DNA of 58,916 nucleotides, the filler included, from Basidiobolus ranarum (Eukaryota), in assembly GCA_040143965.1 (NCBI GenBank). It is 6 parts of 6 records of this genome, joined end to end, with 100 filler letters (N's around TTAATTAATTAA, not from the genome) between each part and the next. Parts side by side here need not be neighbours in the genome. Positions count along the whole stretch, not along the records: positions 1 to 9,765 come from JASJQH010007661.1; positions 9,866 to 19,612 come from JASJQH010007662.1; 4 more parts are not named here. One strand, 5' to 3'. Shown piece by piece: positions 1-11,709 of the stretch. Position 1 is the stretch's first letter; the number at the start of each line of letters is the position of its first letter. Under the pieces are notes generated by a model that saw nothing but the letters and a program-made list of their open reading frames with translations, was not told the DNA's origin and did no database searches. The translations under genes were made by a program, and so were the position numbers.

Positions 1-892
1 CTCCATGTTGCGTCACAGCCTTCTCCAGGACTGCGTCTTCGCTGTTTGGATCGGTCAATAGATCTGCTGCAATACTGTAAAGTGAGCGCGACGTCAACGG
101 ACACCAAAAAAGTCGAGTTCCATCTGAATTCAGAGAAATTCCATCGGCCCCTGCATCCAAATAGCTATACACTCCATCAATTACTGGTTGAATAGGAATC
201 CCCTCAATCATAGGGATGATTTTGGCAGCTAACGTGAAGGGATGCTCGTTAAACTTTCTCCATGCTTTACCGGTTTTTAAATTTACAATAATGAGACCAG
301 GTTTATTGCTTGAATCGGTAATGTAAGCGTAGCCACGTGACAAATCGAACCTTGCATCATTGAGGTAGGTGATATCATGAATCACCGGTTCGCTAAATAT
401 GATGCTTTGAACAAGCTGGTTGGTTTGAAGGTCATAGCACAGTAATTTGCTTCCTCCATTCACCGTCTTTGCTTGATGTAAACTACCAGTATCAATGATC
501 CAAAGCCGGTCTTGACTATCCAACACGATTGTCTGAGCACTTACAATGAAGTCCTTAAAGGACTTGTCAGTGCCATTGGCTGACTGGATTTCTGAAATTT
601 CTGGGTGCATGGATAGCGATGGGTAAGGGATTTCTTTCCCGTTAATGATCTCAGCCACGGAATATCGTGTATCATTCGCCCATCTAGGGAAGCTTACGAA
701 CATACGACCACTAGCGCTTACTGCCACTCCTGATGGCATTTGTTGATGGAATTCATGTACTACTTCTAGTTCAGGTCCAAAGGTCGCGGTGTCTCGATTG
801 GCAGTAGGCTTAAGTGGATCAATGAAGCCGCTTACGCTTGAGATCTCTTGCCCACAAAATGCTATAACTGAAAGAAGGCCTAGCCACTTCAT
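1..892 (-). CDS. Secreted major royal jelly protein / Yellow family protein, intronless in the visible part, 3'-truncated by window edge
   Basis: Manual translation from ATG at 892 is open to position 1: MKWLGLLSVIAFCG (signal-peptide-like)...GPELEVVHEF..MPSGVAVSASGRMFVSFPRW...LDSQDRLWIIDTG...GGSKLLCYDLQTNQ...YLNDARFD...YAYITDSS...GADGISLNSDGTRLFWCPL. These are hallmark MRJP/Yellow motifs. Absent from the ORF track because no stop lies in the window. Confidence 0.9.
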   Translation of the reverse strand, partial: MKWLGLLSVIAFCGQEISSVSGFIDPLKPTANRDTATFGPELEVVHEFHQQMPSGVAVSASGRMFVSFPRWANDTRYSVAEIINGKEIPYPSLSMHPEISEIQSANGTDKSFKDFIVSAQTIVLDSQDRLWIIDTGSLHQAKTVNGGSKLLCYDLQTNQLVQSIIFSEPVIHDITYLNDARFDLSRGYAYITDSSNKPGLIIVNLKTGKAWRKFNEHPFTLAAKIIPMIEGIPIQPVIDGVYSYLDAGADGISLNSDGTRLFWCPLTSRSLYSIAADLLTDPNSEDAVLEKAVTQHG

Positions 893-2059
893 CTTCTAAT
901 TAGTGCTGTACCTTTAAGTATAGGAGCGTAAAGAGCTTGGGAAGAGGAAAATATATTTCACTAGGGAATTTGCTTAATAGTTGAATACGAACTTTCGCTT
1001 CCATTTTATACCCTTCACGCCATTTATTATTATAGGAAAGTCAATTATTTCATGCACATTCTCAGCTCTTTCATTCGTAAAACCATTAGCTGTCCCTTGT
1101 AGAATGCACTAAATCAAGTGCATATAGCAGATCCGATTCAAGTTTCATAGATTACAGGAAACTCTGTGTATGGTATTTACTGTTGGTGCGTGATATGGAC
1201 AAGTACTCAAGTAAGAGAAAAAAGTCATTAAAGCGACCAAAGTGCAACATTCAAGTATCTAGGTCCAACCGCGATAAATCTTAATGCAAAGCACACTTTC
1301 GCTAGTTACGAACCACTTTTGGAATGACTGGCAGTGCATTTCATTCCATATATGGGGAGGTAAGTATTCATCAGTGATATTCAAACCATCTCATGCAGTG
1401 TCTCAGCTGTAGTAGCTACGCTTAGGTAATCCAGTAAATTTGAATTCTCAGAAATCTGTAGAGAAATCGAACTTCATATTATTGAATATGAATTATAGTT
1501 TGCAGGAGCAACATAGTACCACCCCTATGAGTTTTGACCTACCGCATCATGCACATTTGTATTTACTCATTCTCAGATTTCATTATATTGAGTTCAGGGC
1601 AAGTGACTCATGTTCCTAATCGAAATTTCCCCCACCATCATACAAGCCGCCATCGTATTTACATATTTTGTTGAGGTCAACCCTGTTCTAGTAGCGAATT
1701 TAGTGCTAAAACAAAAAAAACTTTCACAGTAGATTCTAACTAACCATCTACTGTGCATTGTCGCCACTTGGTAGTAATGATATACCAATATGCCTAGTTT
1801 ACTCTAAGAACAAGTTGCATAAAATATCTATGACTTAGAGAGCCTTGCGGTGTGTTGTAATGGACTTACTTTCCAATTGAAATCGACACCAACGTAAGTA
1901 TATGAACTTGTATGCTGCTCAAAAGCACGCAGCTCTCAGGTTTTAACATGTAATTTGGAAGCATATTTAGTTTCCATATTTACCATTCTAGCTTAATCGA
2001 ACTTTGTTACCCCTTATATTTCCATAAAAATTCGACTTCTAGAAAGATCGCAAAGATGG

Positions 2060-3450
2060 ATGAAACAAATACACACTTGTACAAAGTGTGAAGTCAGTTT
2101 TATTCTTCGTACAAAATTGCCAACATTCCAGAATCGGAAGTAAAACAGGATTTACTACTGTTAAAACGAATGGACCTATTTACATATAGTCAGTTTAATG
2201 AATGCAGAATATTAATATTCAAGTACCAAGAAACATCTTCCCTACATTATCTAAGTATTGGAGTACATTATTAAACCATCTCTATAATCAAAGTAATCAT
2301 TTTTCACACATTGTATATATTTTGTGTAAGACAGTGTCAATGCATTCAATTGGAACAGGAGTTAAGCTCGGTAGTATACCAACACCAGCAGTATGAGCCA
2401 GTCATTTATATCTAGGACAATCTTGTATACCTCAAGATGCTAGTGTATATATATTCTTCACATAATTCAAAGATTATGACTGCAATGTACAGCTAAGAAA
2501 TCCATCTACAAGCATTTGCAAACTCTAAATTCACTGATAACAACTCATTTATGATGTGTGATTGTGAAGAACTATGACTTACAACCTTGCTAGCCTTGAA
2601 ATTAGCATTGCCTAAACACCTATATAGTCATATATAGCTTAGTATTTAATTATCCTATATTTCACCAAGATATTACCTATTATTCTCAAAAGGAATTTAC
2701 ATAGAAGTTCTCAGATATATAGATTTTTTCAAACTTGTGCTAGAAGCCCCAAACTTCGCACACAGGTTCCTGACCTTCCTTAGCACATTCTACACGTTAT
2801 TCTGCTTCCATCTTGACAAAACTATAAATGTCAACTTTCTACTCAATAAATAAATAAGTAAAAATCACTAATTTCTCTGATTCTCCAAACCACTTCCAAC
2901 TGGCTCTCGAAATACTTTAACAGCTGGCTCTATGGATGAGTAGGTGTCAAGCCTTTCACAAAATGGTTCAATTTGGAAGTTTCTTAGTATGTCACTGGAT
3001 TGAGAGGAAGTTCAAGTTCCGTTGGTGAGTTGGGCTAAAATAGATAGAAAAATGGAGATAGTATTAAATCGCAATCTACAATTCTCATTGCCAGATGTAG
3101 AGTGTTTAGCTGGAACATATTTCAGATATGATGAGAGTAATAAATCAAGCAACTGACTGATTAGGATAAAGCAGTATTAGCTTGCCTTTGAGTAAGTTAA
3201 AGCTCTAATTCCAGATACAAACCATTTTGTGTCTAATATGTTGGGCTGTGCTATTCATTAAGAAAATGCTGAGATATAAATGCCTCAATGCCCATTATTT
3301 GCTTAATGAATATCTCTTGATTCAAAGTGGCAGAAACTTTGAGAAGACAAGATTTCCAAGTGTTCACAGAACTCAAATGGCATCACATATTGTTATTTTT
3401 CATTTTTCTAATATATATCAATGATTTATTCCGACTCAATTGTGCAATAG
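2060..3450 (+). mobile_element. Heavily decayed transposon-like coding remnant (possibly Helitron-like), interrupted by a solo LTR
   Basis: Stop-riddled frames with fragments NGPIYI, VSMHSIGTG and TLRRQDFQVFTELKWHHILLFFIF. These only loosely recall Helitron Rep N-terminal regions. The region looks CpG-poor. Family assignment is weak. Confidence 0.25.
2594..2922 (+). mobile_element. Solo LTR (~330 bp family, subfamily A)
   Basis: Matches copies at 18630, 19193, 19370 and 29302. Ends ...TACTTTAACA; the 5' TG is degenerate (ccTTGAAATTAGC). Internal CTATAAA (~2822) is followed by AATAAA (~2845). Flanks GCTAG/GCTGG give a 4/5 TSD. Confidence 0.8.
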
Positions 3451-3849
3451 ATGCTAGTCACTCTTTGTTTCCAGTCGCAATATTAGATTTTGCATCCATA
3501 CTAATGTTTATTTGGTAACCCACACTCAGTTTCTTGTCGGATAAACATCGCATTTGAAACTTGGCTTGTGTAGAATAGCGTATAGATATAGAGGACTTCC
3601 TATTAGGAGATTTACTGATCCACGAATTATGTTAGTTGTCTGCATTAATTATGCCTGAAGTAATGAGGAAAATCTTCGAATCTATTTAGAAAATATATTC
3701 ACTAACTGGATAAATATTTTCTTGAGACAATATGCGATAACATTTTTAAAACGGAAATCTAAATCTATAGCCAAGCTGGACCATTCAAACTCCTTCGATG
3801 TATCATGGAATTTTGGAGCATTCTCATTACCATCATTTTATAAATGATG

Positions 3850-4519
3850 ATATTTGAGAAAGTATAGATTTGTCATGCGCTCCAAGAATGTGATTAGATT
3901 GGTTTGTAAGTTAATAATGCTAGCAATTCGAGAATTCCTTGTCTCTCAAGTAGTCAGATAGTGCCGTTGCATCACGAAGAACCAACTCCCAAACCTCATG
4001 TTCCTCAAAGACTCCAATTTTTTGAAGCTTAAGAGTGTGCATGATATGTTTCCGCGCGCCTCAGACAACAAATGGAAGAGTAATCCAAGGGACAGTAGCA
4101 AAGCAAACTCTCGATAAAGCAGCTCATTCAACAGGATGCTTCTAACCTTCGTACATCATGCTCCAGTACAAATGATTTTCTAACAAGCACTGGAAGGCTA
4201 CCGAAGCTGCGTGTTCGACTTCTGAGAGAGGCTCATCTAAGGCACAAACCACTTTCTTCGCGATAAGGCGCTTCAAAGGTAATGTAGAATCTTCAAAGTT
4301 CTCTCCATTGTAAGTGATGTAAGGAAGTCTATTTTTTGTCGGTGCCTGATGGGACAACGCTTCTTTCTTCTTATATTTGACTCCGGTGATTCTTAAGTAA
4401 GCTTCAATTTTTGTGCAGAAAGGGCTCATTAAAGCAAGGAAAGTTAAATCATTGTAGATCACAATGTCATCGTGTTCAAGAACAAATTTAAGTAAGAATT
4501 TATCACTAACATGGGACAT
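3850..4519 (-). pseudogene. FAX/metaxin-like GST-fold protein pseudogene
   Basis: SPFCTKIEAYLR...NRLPYITYNGENFEDST...LLENHLYW. The frame continues through three stops (TAG, TGA, TGA) to RDATALSDYLRDKEF, then shifts frame to NLITFLERMTNLYF. Confidence 0.8.
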
Positions 4520-6523
4520 AAAGATCCATAGGATAGCTTTCGTAGTAGGAGCTTATAAGATAACTTACAGAATTGGGAGTGCCTTCGGCAGGAGGAATTA
4601 CATGAAGCATCACGGTGTCTGTAGGAAATGTGATTCTTGAACAAGAAGATAGATATTACGTACCAGAGAAGACAGAGTAGCTCAACTCGACTGAAATAAG
4701 ATAAAAAAATGCAAGCTCTAATGCACACAAGAGGCTAAAATAGGTACCAATAGTCAGTCACAAAGTGCGCAAGGAGAAATCAAGGATGCACGTGATACCT
4801 TTTGCGATGATCCTGGTGAGATAATCATTTGCTCCTGATTGTCTTTGCTATTGTAGAGCTAGTCTCAATGTGATCGATTATCAAATGAAATTTTCTTCTA
4901 TTTCGCTAACTACACCTAAACAGAAAATCGAAATGTCCTAAAATCTTCAATTACTTGGAATGGCATACAATACCATTCAATTCATATGAAAATCAACACT
5001 ATCCCTGATCAGATGGTGGTGCTAAACTTGAAAATACTTCATTGATCTAAATAATCACTTATTAGTTTGTGTACAAATACGATTTCTACTGAGACTTCAA
5101 GCACGTGTTCAAGTCATGGCTTTTACACACCGAACCTTCGTTCGATTCCGCCGCGAAAACTTCAGAGAACAAACACTTCTTGTTCTGGCGAGGGCATATT
5201 CGGAATAGAACCAGCTTATGCATGAATATAACTGCTTGTGTTGGAAGTTATGAAACGTTTATTGTGCGAAATTGGATTATGTAGGCGCTTCTTTTAATAG
5301 TGACTTGGTTGCTTCCGTTTAGAATACAAGTCTGGAGACATGACGTTTCAGTTTGATATTCGTTTTCCGATCAGGTGCCCTAATATTATATTATAGGTGA
5401 TTAACAGTTGCATAGTGATATGACCTGCAATATATCGGCAGTGGGTGATCCAACAAGTAGAAGGGATTCGCAGGTAGGTGCACTTTCGGAGAATATAAAT
5501 ACCATTTGAGAGCATACACACTCACTTGAATATAGCGGAGCGCATGACCTTTGATCTACTAGGAAGTGCTACTTGAGATTCGATTTTGTTCTGAATGCCA
5601 GCCTGATACAACATCCTGATTCTATCCATTGATCTAAACAAATATATAATGTAGTTGAAACTGTGGGTAGCTTGAAAAAAGAAGGTACTAGAGACGACAA
5701 CCTACATGCATTCATTCAAATTAATGCATGCGGAAAAAAGGTTCCCAGCGAACACCCTCAGTTCAGTTCATGCATGTTTTCTAGCAAATGTCTTGTTTGA
5801 TGAAGCAATGAATTATTCTATTAGTCGATGGTGTAATATCCATCGCATCAAGTGTCCTCACCAGTGTAGAGCATCAATCGATTGGTAGATGCGGCTACCT
5901 CCAAATGTATTGGATTGTCAGATGACCTCTGCAGATGCTGTACAACTTGATGTTTGACAGCAAAATATTTGTTCACAAACGACGCCGATAACACCAGAAC
6001 TCGGTGTATGGTCTTCCTACAGCAGATCATCTATTATCTTCGATCGGAAAGTTCATTTTTGTGATAATCTTATCGGCGCAAGCGACAGCAAACATTTAGA
6101 AACTAGCCAAGGAAATGAGGGTGTTAAACAATGACCTCTGTATCCTATCCTAGATAATCATGATATATTGGAGAGTTCAAGCAGTTGAAAAATAATCCAT
6201 GTCCACTCTAGTAAAAAACCGGAAGTGGGTGACACCACAGTACTAAAGTAGTATAGGCGATATCTTGACTAGTCCGATTGACTCATTATATTTATTGAAG
6301 GGAAGATTTGAGTGATAGCTACCAGGATGAGGGGTTATGAACGACAGGGCTACGAATACGGAACACATTTTGTTTTGACGGATATACAGTAAGGAACATA
6401 GCTACGGCCACAATGATGAATCGAAAAATTACTATCTATTTCTACATAAATATTCCTTCTACCAAACGAACAGCACCATGAGTATGTAGGGTGATAAACT
6501 AAGTGAGAGGAAAAGTGACATGG

Positions 6524-7827
6524 CTAGCGGTCGTTCACTGATAGATATTCTTTGGTAGTTTCATAAATAGGGAAGAACATGCTACAAACACAGAACCACC
6601 ACGAACTCCGTGGAACCGCACCCACAAAAAACGCTTGATATACTCGGATAAAATTGCGAGTAGTAGACTCATTGGCATGCACCGCTTGTTGATAAATAAG
6701 TCTTGTATAATCTGTCATCGACGAAGAAGCATGAACAGGCTTCTGGGTCATGATCTTGGTTTTGATCACGTCAAATGGAGTAGTCAAATATCCAGCTAGC
6801 GCTCCTGAGATACCGCCGTATAGAGTGGACTTGAAAGTGGGTATTCTAGGTTCTACAGGAACCCACATCTCATCAATCTCTTTGTTTGCTCGTATCGTAG
6901 TTTCATGATGATATGCCTTGAATTTTTCGTATGTAGTAAATAAAATCACCATAAACGGAGCATCACGAGCCGTTGTACTCCAAAATCCGCGGAAAAGACC
7001 TGAAATCCCTTCTGTACTGATAATCTGACGGATAGCAAACATAGCACCTTGACCTCCGTAGTGATCGGTCTGAAGACGTGCTGTGATAACTTCGCGTGGA
7101 ACTTTGATAACCGATGAGGCCAAATCACCAATAATGGCTGATATGGCAGAAGCGGGTATAGGCGACATAGTTGGAATCCATAGAGGGTTTGGGTGAGATC
7201 TTGTGGATGATGATGGAGTATGAAGAAGGAACGATTTTGTAAGCTCATAAGTAGCGAGTCGTGCCCCTCCCTGTGGAATTAAGAGAAAATAAGTAAATCT
7301 TTAGTCAACCTCGAACTACCTCGTCAGACAGATATTGATTAGTAACATACCTGGGGACCAGCACCAGCAACACTAGCTACAAACCCTTTACTTAAAACCC
7401 GCAGAGTTTCCCGAGTCAGCATAGAATTTAGTTTGAAACCGGAGCTACCAGAGGCTTGCATACGAGTCTTGAGTGTGTCTAAAGGGTGCATGATCGCAAA
7501 GGAAGTGGACAGGGCTAGAGCACCAGACAGAAAGTTATCTATTCAGGAGAAATTATAGGAAAGCTGGTGAATAATATAGAACAATCGAAAACGTTCTCAA
7601 AAGGCATAAATTGGAGGTGGTGGTATACTTGGAGCTGACAAGAAGCCTTTTACAAGTAAAGATATAGTACAGCACTTACTTAGATACGCCTGTGGGCGAG
7701 TTAAAGGTATGTGCTCACCGCTAGCGAGTCCAATAACAGAATTCGAGGATAGAAGAGAGGGTACTCCGGGAACTTGATATCGAGCATTAGCAGCATATTC
7801 ATTTGAATGGTGGATCATTGAATTCAT
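6524..7827 (-). CDS. Mitochondrial carrier (SLC25), S-adenosylmethionine-carrier-like; 3 exons
   Basis: Spliced model MNSMIHH...AYLN|NFLSGALA...HPLDTLKTRMQ...GAGPQ|GGARLATYE...VPREVITARLQ...RDAPF...TTPFDVIKTKIM has three carrier-signature repeats. GT-AG introns at ~7539-7679 and ~7272-7351. Substrate is inferred. Confidence 0.85.
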
Positions 7828-9351
7828 TTTAACGTTTTAGGTGGAGCGACAATTTTCGCAGTCCGTTACTTGCGCTACTACTGCTAAAGTGGAAGTTCAA
7901 CCCTCACCTTTTAAAGGATTCGATAAAAAAAAAGTATAAATATGATAAGATAATTTACGAGTGATTGTGCGGCATCATGACACACAATGACAATTTACGA
8001 GTGACCCCAGATTTGTGTAACACCTCAGAATCGATATGAACCTTCATGCTCGGATTATATTACAATTCCTATTCATGATTCTCATTGAAACCTGGCTTAC
8101 ATCTCTCAACGTCCAATTAGGAATCAGCAATTAATTTGATACTTGCCTTTGATGGGTTTTTGACCACACAGAGAAATTCTAATGCAATGGCATGATAATA
8201 ACAAAATCAATTAATCACTTTTCGGCCTGTGCCGGAAGCATGTGGGGAAGGGAATTTTAATTATAACAGTCACCACGGCTTAATGGCGTTAACTGTTATT
8301 TTGACATAAATCAGTGGTGCTATTGTAGAATCTATAGGATTTCATGTTGGGTGTTACGGCAGCCAGAGGTATAGTCTCACTTTATATTTTCTATGTTCTA
8401 AATCCACAGAACACCTTGAAAACTATTTGTGATGGCAAGGCTTCTCTTACCACAGTTCAGAACTATGCTTGATTAAACAGCATCAAGATGTTACTTGCAT
8501 GTGTTAAAAGTAACACCTTGCACCTTTTTCTGTATTCCAGAAAACGATAGCATTATCCAACATAATGACCCTACAGTGTATGTAATCTAATAATCGGATG
8601 TATGCAAAGAGTGGTCATTTCAAAACAGTCACTGCTCTTCTATTTCATTATGGCGAACATGAAATATATCCTGAACCAAAAGTTTTCTGGATGGCAGCAA
8701 ATGAATTATGAAGAGTTGACCGTCATCAGTTTCTCTCTGGACATGTTTGTATTTACTGAAGAACAAAAGCTGAGCATCGAGTTGCTTCCACTGGGATGAA
8801 GAAATATTGGCGAATCATCAATCAGCAACAAGATTCGGCAAAGCAGTGATAGCCTGAAGAAAAATCGGTTGATTGCAAAGATAACTTTAGGCCACTTCTG
8901 ACTTTGACACTTTAAATCCAAGCAACAATCTTAAAATGAACTTGTATTTACTAGATATAAATGCTGCCGTTGGTAGAGCTTTTACCTGAACCACCAAATT
9001 GAAGAGCTACATGGGAGTGTGACAGATAATATATACTTGTAGAATTGCAGCTACTTGAGCTTATACTACTAATAGCTCTTCCTTAAGTGTCTCAATAACT
9101 CTGACATCATGGATGTTTATTGATTTTAGGGAGCGACTATATTTTACAATTCTCTCTGGATACATGATGCGGTTATTTTTATGAGCCATGAAACCAAGCA
9201 TATAAGAAGCGTCAGACAGAAGTCATTTATTCATATTACGTATCTAGACACTAATTGAAGTTCTTCAATGTTGCAAATTACCTTCCTTACTAATCGCACA
9301 ATCAACCGAAAGATGACGAATATCCAGTGTTTAACTTTTGGATTACTTACC

Positions 9352-9690
9352 CCTTAGGATTAGGGAGGCCAAAACGGCAAATGATGTGTATGGGATTATT
9401 ACTCAAAAAATCAAATATAAGCTAAACTTACAGGTTGTTTAAGAATTCACTGCTAGTGATAACCTTAGGGTTAGGGGGGATGAAAAGCACCGGGTGGTGT
9501 TGACTTTATTTAGGGGGATGAAAAGCACCAGAAGATATAATCTTTATTTATCTCAAGTCATACAACACAAATAAAAAAAGAAGCCAAGATGAAAGTAAAA
9601 GTCAAAGGTGTATATAACTAAGACCTTAGGGTTAGGGCGGAGACAGTCACCAACAGGTGAAATCTTTATTTCAAACAAAACAAAGAAGCC
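9352..9690. repeat. Head-to-tail degenerate units each starting with telomere-like CCTTAGGGTTAGGG
   Basis: CCTTAGGATTAGGG at 9352, CCTTAGGGTTAGGG at 9463 and 9624, and a partial TAGGGGGATGAAAAGCACC duplicate at 9511. The last three share downstream CACC...CTTTATTT, and AAAGAAGCC recurs. Confidence 0.75.
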
Positions 9691-9765
9691 ATAACTACTT
9701 TTGTAGTTTCTTAACTAATGTATGGAGATCAGGAGTATTTGTATGAATGTTGCAAAGCAGAAAAG

Positions 9766-9865
9766 NNNNNNNNNNNNNNNNNNNNNNNNNNNNNNNNNNN
9801 NNNNNNNNNTTAATTAATTAANNNNNNNNNNNNNNNNNNNNNNNNNNNNNNNNNNNNNNNNNNNN
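9766..9865. other. Assembly spacer (N44-TTAATTAATTAA-N44)
   Basis: Identical 100-bp block found five times; the 12-mer gives stops in all six frames. Confidence 0.98.
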
Positions 9866-10949
9866 GCTCGGCGCGAAACTAGCCACTTACATTGAGACGG
9901 AATTCTTCTCCAAAGAATTGTAGCTTCATGATATGTACCTTTGGCGCATCACTAAGGCAGCGGGTTTTGGCATGCAGTCAATCAATATTAGTAGCATATT
10001 TTAGAATGCAATTGTTCAATGAAGTAATAGACTTGTTGTGGTTCTCATAAAATATACTAACTTTGTACTACAAATAAATCAACAAATGTGCTTGGTTTAT
10101 TGTATGCGAGATGTCTAGATAATGCTGCTATCTTGGAATCCGGAAAGAGTCTTGTTTATTTGTTAATCCACCTGATCCATCCGGATAGCTTGGTCGCTCA
10201 ACTCTTGTATGAAGTATTGGCATTCGGTTTCCTCCATGATCTCAGTTTTTTTGATTCATCTGATACCTACATCTACGACTTGGCACTTCCAGTTTGGACA
10301 GTTTTCAGCTGGCGCCAAAAGCTTCCGCCATTGTTGATCTACTAAAGAAACAAAAATTTAAAACAACTATACCTTGAATGTAGCAGAAGTCCCAAGCGCA
10401 ACATCTTAGTGTTACGTGACCCTGAATGGTTCTACTTCGATCATGTTCTGTCTCACATCCAACAGAATCATTTGAATTTCTATACACAAAATTGGAATAA
10501 TCTGAAGTATTTCAGATTGGTCATTTAGGTACTTCCTGACTCTATATTTCCCCTTATATACATGGGACCCCTACATTTTAATCCCTCATCAGTGCTTGGC
10601 AATATACTCTATGTGTGTTATCATTCTTTGTTGTATAGATCAACTTGAATACTGATGGTTTGTATCCTCTTTAACATTAATAGTTCGTGGGGACATGTTG
10701 AATAATATAATTACTACATTGTTTTGCTTTGTACATGGTACAACATATAGCCATTTATATCTGGTATTGAAGCTGGCAGAGAATCGTTATTCTGCAGAAT
10801 TGGTCTCTATTTACTTCATGCTCCATTTGGATGGTTCAAATCCGTGATGGTTTTTTCATTGATGTTGATTAGACTCTTTTAACTATGCTACTTCTTACTG
10901 TTGATCATATAATGCTACCTATGCCTCTCTCAAATCATTAGCTACGGTC

Positions 10950-11286
10950 TGTTGAAGTGTTTTGGGAGTTGTTGGAAGTGATTTGGGGAACTAGAAGGGT
11001 TGGTGGTTTACACTTAGTGATTTATTGAGTGTAAGTTGACATTTATACTTTTATCAAGAGGCAAGAAAACCAACGTGTAGAATATGTTCAGGAAGGCCCC
11101 AGGAACATATATGCGAAGCTTGGGGTCTCTTGGACAAGTTTGAGAAAATCCTATAATCTTCGAACTTCCAAGTTGTTCTCAATACTCCAAGTAAATTCCT
11201 TGTGAAGATATCTCATAACAACATAGTGAAATTTAGGTAGCTAGCTACATGACTATATAGATGCTTAAGATATGTCATTTTCAACA
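10950..11286 (-). mobile_element. Solo LTR (same family, subfamily B)
   Basis: On the + strand it reads TGTTGAAG...TTTTCAACA. Flanks CGGTC/CAGTC give a 4/5 TSD. Homologous to 19024-19192 and to subfamily A in the TATA/AATAAA region. Confidence 0.85.
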
Positions 11287-11631
11287 CAGTCAATGGGATT
11301 TCTTGGAAGATCCCAAGATGCAAGGCTTAAGAAAACAATTATGGTTTCTCAATTTTTAATTAATAATTTAGACAACCTGGGAAGTCCAGACCAAGCAAAA
11401 ATTCGATGTTTGAATAATTAGAGAAACTACCTGGGTTAATATAGAGAATGTTATAACCTCTGACCATGACATTCGAAATAGTTTGTGCTGGACACCTTCA
11501 TGGAAGGAGCAACGAAGGATCATATCACAATTCAAGTAGATATTGTTGAGGTGAATAGTGCATCATAGATTCTATAAATCAGATACACAAGCTCTTTATT
11601 CATTGATACAAGGAGCAACTCAACTTTGAGA

Positions 11632-11709
11632 ATGAAATCCCAACACCCAGGGGAAGATCCCGATCCGGCTCACGCCCCAGTTACAGTATTCAAAGGCTTG
11701 GTGGATTGA
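11632..11709 (+). CDS. Candidate 25-aa micropeptide gene (MKSQHPGEDPDPAHAPVTVFKGLVD)
   Basis: TATAAA 11573-11578, ATG 11632, TGA 11707-11709, AATAAA 11718-11723. No homology recognised. Confidence 0.3.
   Translation: MKSQHPGEDPDPAHAPVTVFKGLVD

Noticed and set aside
7952..8004. 13-bp direct repeat AATTTACGAGTGA upstream of the SAM-like carrier
   Set aside because: Only two copies; could be a cis-element, but there is no supporting evidence.
9352..9690. CRISPR-like repeat/spacer pattern
   Set aside because: Eukaryotic context, irregular spacing, diverged repeats, similarity extending into the would-be spacers, and no cas genes.
9810..9821. Palindromic TTAATTAATTAA repeated five times at ~9.8-kb spacing
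   Set aside because: Artificial six-frame-stop linker embedded in N runs; not biological.
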